In this document: piece by piece, positions 57,981 through 64,000 of the stretch
How positions within the stretch are numbered: the first letter of the stretch is position 1
Layout: every line of letters begins with the position of its first letter
Origin: Thermoplasmata archaeon
GTDB lineage: Archaea; Thermoplasmatota; Thermoplasmata; Lutacidiplasmatales; UBA184
DNA: 64,000 nt
Direction of reading: 5' to 3'
NCBI GenBank assembly: GCA_021816955.1
Contig: JAKAWP010000004.1
Location: 117 to 64,116, forward strand
Notes under the pieces: generated by a model
The model's database searches: none
What the model saw: only the letters and a program-made list of their open reading frames with translations
Told to the model about the DNA's origin: nothing
Made by a program: the position numbers and the translations under genes

Positions 57981-59027
57981 ATGTCGTTGAACTCGGCCCC
58001 TAATCCCGTGCCCCGTCGCCCGTTCCCGCTCGCGATCTTTGTCGTGGCGATCGTCCTCGCCGCCGGAGTTTCCGTCACGGTGACCGCCGTCTACTACAAC
58101 CTGAAGCCGTCGGCCTCGGGATCCGGCAACGTGACCGTGATCGACGACTTGGGCCGCTCCGTCTCCGTGCCGTACAACCCCGCTCGGGTGGTGGTGCTCG
58201 GCCCGTCGATCGTCGACAGCCTGGTCCGGCTCGGTCTGCGGGACCGGATCCAAGGGGTCGACTGCTCCAGTTCGGCGTACGGCGGTCTCCTGGGGGACTA
58301 CACGCCCGCCCAAGTCGCCGCCTGGAACCTCTCGGCCTCGATGTGCGTAACGGCGTACCCCGCCCTCTCGCTGGTCCAGATCCTCAACTTCACCCCCCAG
58401 ATCGTCTTCGCGGCCTCGATCGTCTCCGTGAGCACGATGGAAGGATTCCAAGCGACCTACGGAATCCCGGTGGTATTCCTCGCGCCGAGCACGCTCGGCG
58501 GGATTGTCTACGACGTCAATCTGATCAGCCAAGTGTTCTCGACCGGGGCGACCGGGGCCCGGCTGGTCGGCCAGCTCCAACGGACGCTCGCCGAGGCGGG
58601 ATCGTTTGTGAGTAACCTCTCCTTGAACGGGACTCCGCTTCGGAGCGTCCTGCTGACCTACTACGTGACGCCGGCGTCGAGCCCCTACGCGGGCTACTCG
58701 ACCTTCGGTCCCGGCTCATTCGGCCAGTCGTTGATCGATTCGGCGGGGGGTGTCAACATCGCCGGGGCCTCGTCGGCCGGCGCGTACCCGACCCTTTCCG
58801 GCTCGCAGGTGCTCGCCGCCAACCCCTCGGTGATCGTGGCCGGGTACGGCTTCGGCGTTACGAACGCGAGCTACGCCCAAGGACCCGACTGGTCCTCGTT
58901 TCCCGCCGTCCAGCACGGCAACGTGACGTACGTGGACGTTACCTTAATGACCGAAGCCGACCCGACGCTGGTCCTGTGGATCCCGACGTTCGCGGAGATT
59001 CTGTACCCGACGATCCCGTTCGTCTGA
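57981..59027 (+). CDS. iron-chelate/cobalamin-type ABC transporter substrate-binding protein
   Basis: Trimmed to MSLNSAPNP...LAIFVVAIVLAAGVSV (N-terminal anchor). It has a class III periplasmic-binding-protein-like core (RVVVLGPSIVDSLVRLGL, PQIVFAAS). Confidence 0.8.
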   Translation: MSLNSAPNPVPRRPFPLAIFVVAIVLAAGVSVTVTAVYYNLKPSASGSGNVTVIDDLGRSVSVPYNPARVVVLGPSIVDSLVRLGLRDRIQGVDCSSSAYGGLLGDYTPAQVAAWNLSASMCVTAYPALSLVQILNFTPQIVFAASIVSVSTMEGFQATYGIPVVFLAPSTLGGIVYDVNLISQVFSTGATGARLVGQLQRTLAEAGSFVSNLSLNGTPLRSVLLTYYVTPASSPYAGYSTFGPGSFGQSLIDSAGGVNIAGASSAGAYPTLSGSQVLAANPSVIVAGYGFGVTNASYAQGPDWSSFPAVQHGNVTYVDVTLMTEADPTLVLWIPTFAEILYPTIPFV

Positions 59028-59035
59028 CGGCCCCG

Positions 59036-60145
59036 ATGGCCGTCGCGGATCCGGCCGCTCCGGATTCCGAAAGGACCGAGCGCTCGCGCGCGCTCCACCG
59101 ACGGTGGACGTCGGTGGGCATCGGGGGGGCGTTGGTCGCCCTCTTTCTGATCGGGGTCCTCTTCGGGCCGGTACCGATCCCGCCGGCCACCGTCTTCCAC
59201 ATCCTCGCCTACCAGTTGACGTTCGGTCTCCTCGGAGGCTCCCCGTGCGGCGCGGAGGTGTCGGCCGCTCGTTGCGGAACCCTCGTCCTGATCGTCTGGG
59301 GAGCGCTCGTCCCGGAAATCGTCTTGGCGTTCGCCGCGGGGGCCCTGCTCGGCCTTTCCGGCGGGCTCCTTCAGGGCATCTTCCGGAACCCCCTCGCCGA
59401 CCCGTACCTTCTTGGGATCTCGACGGGCGCGGCGATCGGGGCGGCGCTCTTGTTCGTCTTCAACGTGGGCCTCCAGGTCGCGAACGTCGCCCTACCGCTC
59501 TTCGCCTTCGTCGGTGCCGTGCTGACCGGGGCCGTGATCTTGATCGCGGCCCGGAGCTCGCGCAGCTCCACCGAAACGTTGCTATTGACCGGCGTCGCGC
59601 TCAACGCCTTCTTGTCCGCGGTGCTTGTCTTCACCTTGATCTACAATCCGGTCGGGAACCTCCAACTGGACTACTGGCTGCTCGGCGGGGTCTTTGGGGC
59701 GAACTGGCCGAACGACGGACTGATCGTCGGGGGGCTGTTCGTGGTCGGGGTCGTGATCAGCCTCGAGGCCCGGGGAGTCAATCTCCTCCAGCTCGGCGGG
59801 GACGTCGCCCAGAGCCTCGGGGTCGACGCGCGTCGTCTCGTCTCCCGGTCGATCCTCTTCGCGTCGATGGCGACCGCCCTCGCGGTCGCGTTCACCGGTG
59901 TGATCGGCTTCGTCGGCCTGATCGCCCCGCACCTCGTCCGCCGCCTGTTCGGCTACGACTACCGCCGGGTCCTGCCCTTGTCGGGCGTGTTGGGAGCGAT
60001 CTTGCTCGGGGGGGCGTTCGATCTTTCGTTCAACGTCGTCCGCGCGACCGAGCTTCCGATCGGGGTGCCGATGGCGTTCCTAGGAGGGCCGTTCTTCGTC
60101 TACGTGCTCTACCGATACCGCCGCGATCCGAGGAGGGGGTGGTGA
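59036..60145 (+). CDS. FecCD/BtuC-family ABC transporter permease
   Basis: Polytopic, with the typical RNPLADPYLLGISTGAA segment. Trimmed to the ATG 9 nt after the binding-protein stop. Confidence 0.9.
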   Translation: MAVADPAAPDSERTERSRALHRRWTSVGIGGALVALFLIGVLFGPVPIPPATVFHILAYQLTFGLLGGSPCGAEVSAARCGTLVLIVWGALVPEIVLAFAAGALLGLSGGLLQGIFRNPLADPYLLGISTGAAIGAALLFVFNVGLQVANVALPLFAFVGAVLTGAVILIAARSSRSSTETLLLTGVALNAFLSAVLVFTLIYNPVGNLQLDYWLLGGVFGANWPNDGLIVGGLFVVGVVISLEARGVNLLQLGGDVAQSLGVDARRLVSRSILFASMATALAVAFTGVIGFVGLIAPHLVRRLFGYDYRRVLPLSGVLGAILLGGAFDLSFNVVRATELPIGVPMAFLGGPFFVYVLYRYRRDPRRGW

Positions 60146-61479
60146 TCGCCGTCGACGCCGTCCCAGATCCCCTGGTCGTCCGCGAGGTTGTCGCCCGGTA
60201 CGGCGAGCGGACGGTACTCCATCGGGTCTCCCTGCGGCTCCGGCCGGGCGAATTCCTCGCGCTCACAGGCCCCAACGGCTCCGGCAAGACGACCCTCTTG
60301 CGGACGATCCTCGGCTTGGAAGCGCCGGTCGCCGGGCGGGTGATTCTCGCCGGCCGCGACGTGGAAGCGTATTCGGTCCGGGAGCGCGCGCGCGTCGTGG
60401 CATGGATGCCGCAGCAGGAAGAGCTGCGCGAGAACCTCCGGCTCGACCAGTATGTGCTCTATGGGCGGCATGCCCATCTCCCCCCCTTCGAAGGGGAATC
60501 AGATCGGGACCGGGCCGCCGCCGACGAGGCGCTCGCCGCGGTCGATCTGCGGGCGAAAGCCGCCCGCGGCATCCTTGAGCTGAGCGGCGGGGAGCGCCAG
60601 CGGGCGGTCCTCGCCCGCGTGCTCGCCCAAGCGACCCCGATTCTGCTGCTGGACGAGCCGACGGCCCATCTCGACCTCGGTCATCAGCTCGACCTCCTCT
60701 CGCGGGTCCGTCACCTGTGCCGCGAGCGCGGCAAGTCGGCGATCGTCGCCCTCCACGACCTCAACTTGGCGGCGCGATTCGCCGACCGGGTGGTCGTGCT
60801 CGACCGGGGGCGTGCGGTCGCGGACGGCCTCCCGCGGGAGGTGCTCCGGCCGGAGCTATTGCTCGCCGTCTGGGGCATCGTGGCCGAGATGAAGGAAGAC
60901 CCCCGGACCCAGATCCCGTACCTGGTGCCCGTCCTTCCACCGTCGTCGACGCTCCGAGTCCCGGCGGGACTGGGACGTTGGATCCATGTCGTCGGAGGCG
61001 GCGGTTCCGCTTCGCCGATCGTCCGGCACCTCGTCGACGAAGGCTACCGGCTCTCCGTCGGCGTGGTACCGCTGTTGGACAGCGACACCGAGGTCGCCGA
61101 ATCGCTCCACATCCCCGCCGTGGTCGAGCTTCCCTTCGCGCCGATCTCCCCGTCCACCCGGGCCCGGCAGCGCGAGCTGCTCGCCGCCGCCGATGCCGTG
61201 GTCGTCGCTCCGTTCGCGGTCGGGCCGGGGAATCTGGCGAATCTCGAGGACGTGGAGCCGATCGTGGGGCAGAAGCCGGTCGTCTTGGTCGAGTCGACGA
61301 CGACTGGCCGGCGCGACTTCACCCCCGACGGGGCCGCGGACCGGCTCCTCGCCCGCCTGCGCGCGCGCGGCGCCGTGACGGTCGCGAACCTACCGGAGCT
61401 CACGGGAGCGTTGGAGCGTCGGCTCGGGGCGGCGTCGACCGGGGCGCCTATGACTCCCGGGCCGCGAGAGTTCGTCTAG
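60142..61479 (+). CDS. FepC/BtuD-type ABC ATPase fused to a ~190-aa C-terminal Rossmann-like domain
   Basis: The GTG overlaps the permease TGA. Contains Walker A GPNGSGKTT, the signature LSGGERQR and Walker B LLLLDEPT. The extra C-terminal domain starts IHVVGGGGSASPIVRHLVDEGYRLSVGVV. Confidence 0.88.
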   Translation: MIAVDAVPDPLVVREVVARYGERTVLHRVSLRLRPGEFLALTGPNGSGKTTLLRTILGLEAPVAGRVILAGRDVEAYSVRERARVVAWMPQQEELRENLRLDQYVLYGRHAHLPPFEGESDRDRAAADEALAAVDLRAKAARGILELSGGERQRAVLARVLAQATPILLLDEPTAHLDLGHQLDLLSRVRHLCRERGKSAIVALHDLNLAARFADRVVVLDRGRAVADGLPREVLRPELLLAVWGIVAEMKEDPRTQIPYLVPVLPPSSTLRVPAGLGRWIHVVGGGGSASPIVRHLVDEGYRLSVGVVPLLDSDTEVAESLHIPAVVELPFAPISPSTRARQRELLAAADAVVVAPFAVGPGNLANLEDVEPIVGQKPVVLVESTTTGRRDFTPDGAADRLLARLRARGAVTVANLPELTGALERRLGAASTGAPMTPGPREFV

Positions 61480-62280
61480 GCGGACGGTCCGAATCGGGAT
61501 CCGTTCGAGGCCGGTGAACGTCGCGAGGAAGCGAGGAAGCTCTTCTTCCTCGATAAAGCCCAGGACCGAGACGCCGAGCCGGACCGCTTCGAGGGCCGCC
61601 GCGGCGAAGCCAAAGCGGACCGGCGCAAGCCGAAGCCGGCCGGTTAGGTAGACCGCGGCCGTCCCCTGGGCTCCCACGAGCCCGTGGGGAAACCGTCGCA
61701 CCGCCGCGCGCGCCGCCGAGAGATCCCGAACCGATGGGGGGGGCCGCGTGGGCACGACCACCAAGTAGATCGTCGCCGGCGGGATCGCGACGATCCCGCT
61801 CAGCTCGGCCACCTCCACGAGCTCGCCGTTCTCGGCCCCGGCGCGGGCGATCCCTTGGGAGCCGGCCGACGCCCCCCGCCGCGCGACGAGGACTCCGTCG
61901 GACAGCTCGAGCCGGACCCGGGCACCGGGTGGGATGCGCTCGCCGGCGATGGCGAGGGCGGTGCGCACGATGCGCAGCCGCTCGCGACGTCGGGCGAGAT
62001 CGCCCTCGAGCTCGGTCAGCGCTCGGTGCAGCCAAGAGACTCCCTCGACGGTTGGCCGGTACTCCCCTTGGTCGGTGCGCACCAGCCCCCGGCTCGCCAA
62101 CTGCCGGTAGAGGTGCGACGCCGCTTGGACCGTGAGCCCCAGCCGGTCGGCGACCGTCCTCAGGCGGCGAACTGGCTGGGTGGCACATTCGTATAGGAAG
62201 AGGAGCTCCGAGGCCGCGCCGGCGCGCCGCAGTTCGGCGAGCCCCCACGCGATCTCGCGCTGCCGGCCGGCCGCCGCCAT
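61390..62280 (-). CDS. winged-helix transcriptional regulator with an uncharacterised C-terminal domain
   Basis: 296 aa with an N-terminal wHTH (VRRLRTVADRLGLTVQAASHLYRQLASRGLVRT). The last ~30 codons overlap the ABC ATPase 3' end convergently. Confidence 0.6.
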   Translation of the reverse strand: MAAAGRQREIAWGLAELRRAGAASELLFLYECATQPVRRLRTVADRLGLTVQAASHLYRQLASRGLVRTDQGEYRPTVEGVSWLHRALTELEGDLARRRERLRIVRTALAIAGERIPPGARVRLELSDGVLVARRGASAGSQGIARAGAENGELVEVAELSGIVAIPPATIYLVVVPTRPPPSVRDLSAARAAVRRFPHGLVGAQGTAAVYLTGRLRLAPVRFGFAAAALEAVRLGVSVLGFIEEEELPRFLATFTGLERIPIRTVRLDELSRPGSHRRPGRRRPEPTLQRSRELR

Positions 62281-62302
62281 CGCCTCGGCGAAGAGTCGGC
62301 GG

Positions 62303-62309
62303 GTAAATC
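62303..62309 (-). promoter_or_regulatory. TATA-like box (GATTTAC on the minus strand) for a leaderless regulator mRNA
   Basis: Centred about 26 nt upstream of the ATG at 62280. Confidence 0.4.
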
Positions 62310-62413
62310 GGCATCGGAACGTCCACCGGGGATCGCGGTGCGGCGGCCCGGAGAGGCCCGGCGGTGCCCCGATGCACCGATGAGGCTTAGGAGGAGAAGG
62401 CGATCGGGCGCTA

Positions 62414-62938
62414 ATGGAAAGGCCCGCGCCGCCGGGGGCGCCCGACCTCGACGAGGGGAGAGCCGCGGACGATCCGCTTCGGACCGTCCGGCTCCTCCGA
62501 CGCAGCTGGATCTACCTCTCCGAGACGGTGCGGACGGTGACGGCACCCGAGGGGTTGTCGCCGATCGACTATCTGGCGCTGTACTACGTTGACCGAGCCG
62601 ATGGACTCCACCCATCCACCCTCAGCCGCACGCTGGGGGTCCGCCCACCCGCGGTCAGCGAGATCTTGGACCGACTCGAAGCGCGGCAGTGCCTCGCCCG
62701 AACCCGCGAGGAACCCGACCGACGCACCGTGACCGTACGGATCCGGCCGGCCGGCCACGCGCTCGTCGAACAGCTCAGCGAGCGGATCGCATCGTCCCTC
62801 GCCCGCCTTTTCGAGCGCCTCTCCCCCTCGATCCGCTCGGTGCTCGGCCCCGGCCTCCAAGAGTTCGTGGCGATGCTTCGGCAACAGGCTGCGATCGACG
62901 GACTGCCCGACGTCGTGCAGTGGGCCGACGAACCCTAG
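62414..62938 (+). CDS. MarR-family transcriptional regulator
   Basis: 174 aa with LSPIDYLALYYV, LSRTLGVRPPAVSEILDRLEARQCLAR and DRRTVTVRIRPAG (the wing). Confidence 0.85.
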   Translation: MERPAPPGAPDLDEGRAADDPLRTVRLLRRSWIYLSETVRTVTAPEGLSPIDYLALYYVDRADGLHPSTLSRTLGVRPPAVSEILDRLEARQCLARTREEPDRRTVTVRIRPAGHALVEQLSERIASSLARLFERLSPSIRSVLGPGLQEFVAMLRQQAAIDGLPDVVQWADEP

Positions 62939-64000
62939 CCCGCCCGGCGCCGGGGCGCCGGGGGGACGGCCGCCGACGAGGGGGCGGTTCGCTTGAGCGC
63001 CCGGAGCCGGTCGCGGATCCGCGCCGCTTCCTCGAAGTCGAGGCGTTCGGCCGCCAGCCGCATCTCCTCTTCGAGCTGGGCGAACAGCAGGGGGAGCTTC
63101 GACTTCCACTTTCGGCCGAGTCCGGCCGTCGACAGTTCGCCGGACGGCGCGGCCTCCTCCGGGGCGAGCAGGCTCAGCACTTCCTTTCGGATCGACTCGG
63201 GAACGATCCCGTGCTCGGCGTTGTAAGCGAGCTGCCGCTCGCGCCGGCGCCGCATCTCCGCGATCGCGCGGGCCATCGATCCGGTCGTCCGGTCGGCGTA
63301 GAGGACGACCCGTCCCCCCGAGTGACGGCTCGCGCGACCGGCGGTCTGGATGATCGACGTCTCGCTGCGCAAGTACCCTTCCTTGTCGGCGTCGAGGATC
63401 GCGACGAAGCTGACCTCGGGAAGGTCGAGTCCCTCCCGCAAGAGGTTGATGCCGACGAGCACGTCGAACCGACCGAGGCGTAGATCGCGCAGGATCTCGA
63501 TCCGCTTCATCGTCTCGACCTCGCTGTGGAGGTAGCGGACCCGTAGCCCGAGCTTCGACAGGTGCTCGGCGAGCTCTTCGCTGGTCGCCTTCGTCAACGT
63601 CGTCACGAGGGCCCGGTCGCCGCGCGCCACGCACGCCTCCAGCTCCCGCACGAGGTCGGCGATGTGGCCGGCGAGCGGCCGAACCTCGACGGCGGGGTCG
63701 ACGAGACCGGTCGGCCGGATGATCTGCTCCACGATGGCGCTCGAATACTTCCGCTCGAACGGTCCGGGCGTCGCGGAGACGAAGACCGCCTGCGGGACGC
63801 GCGCCAGGAACTCGGGGAACGTGAGGGGGCGGTTGTCCCGGCACGATGGGAGCCGCCAGCCGAAGTCGACCAGGTTGTCCTTGCGGCTGCGGTCGCCCTT
63901 GTACATCCCCTCGAGCTGCGGGATCGTGACGTGCGACTCGTCGAGGAAGACCAGGAAGTCGGGCGGGAAGAAGTCGAGCAGCGTGTACGGCGGGGCGCCC
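62935..64000 (-). CDS. uvrB: excinuclease ABC subunit B (C-terminal part; the gene continues past the window end)
   Basis: Contains helicase motifs V-VI (LVGINLLREGLDLPEVSFVAILDADKEGYLRS, QTAGRASR) and the C-terminal UVR domain (LEEEMRLAAERLDFEEAARIRDRL). The frame is open to base 64000. Confidence 0.95.
   Translation of the reverse strand, partial: GAPPYTLLDFFPPDFLVFLDESHVTIPQLEGMYKGDRSRKDNLVDFGWRLPSCRDNRPLTFPEFLARVPQAVFVSATPGPFERKYSSAIVEQIIRPTGLVDPAVEVRPLAGHIADLVRELEACVARGDRALVTTLTKATSEELAEHLSKLGLRVRYLHSEVETMKRIEILRDLRLGRFDVLVGINLLREGLDLPEVSFVAILDADKEGYLRSETSIIQTAGRASRHSGGRVVLYADRTTGSMARAIAEMRRRRERQLAYNAEHGIVPESIRKEVLSLLAPEEAAPSGELSTAGLGRKWKSKLPLLFAQLEEEMRLAAERLDFEEAARIRDRLRALKRTAPSSAAVPPAPRRRAG

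Overview
This is a 64-kb, very GC-rich chromosomal segment of an archaeon; third codon positions are almost all G/C. Archaeal hallmarks read directly from the sequence are diphthine synthase, Orc1/Cdc6, archaeal-type SAM synthetase, aSUI1, Elp3, Nre, isopentenyl-phosphate kinase plus type-2 IDI, a tRNA with a bulge-helix-bulge intron, and TATA-like boxes about 26 nt upstream of many start codons (leaderless mRNAs). The sedolisin/thermopsin-type acid proteases and non-acidic proteins suggest a Thermoplasmatota-like lineage, but that is inference only. I support about 57 protein genes and 3 tRNAs (Pro-CGG, Ala-UGC, intron-containing Trp-CCA). I saw no rRNA, no CRISPR array and no recognisable transposase or integrase. 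In window order the blocks are: (1) kdpFABC-usp-dph5 operon; (2) Hef-type helicase; (3) aldehyde dehydrogenase; (4) orc1/cdc6; (5) IPK-IDI2-Elp3-MAT-MtaB; (6) Nre; (7) tRNA-Pro followed by a 4.8-kb compositionally odd, ORF-poor tract; (8) two giant membrane-anchored S53 proteases with cytoplasmic zinc-ribbon tails, bracketing an oxidative-stress set (MBL hydrolase, LLM oxidoreductase, NUDIX, katG, Fur/PerR-like regulator with a PerR-box-like palindrome); (9) a sulfur-relay-like cluster (GcvH-like/TusA fusion, rhodanese); (10) aSUI1; (11) an ABC-2 exporter; (12) IscA; (13) an eight-gene coproporphyrin-type haem operon; (14) a flippase; (15) VOC / Cys-rich mini-ORF / ACT-V4R; (16) an iron-chelate-type ABC importer; (17) regulators; (18) the 3' part of uvrB. 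Stop codons are rare at this GC content, so the ORF track contains many long shadow ORFs and N-terminal over-extensions. I trimmed these using start-codon context, gene overlaps and family knowledge. Start coordinates are best estimates.
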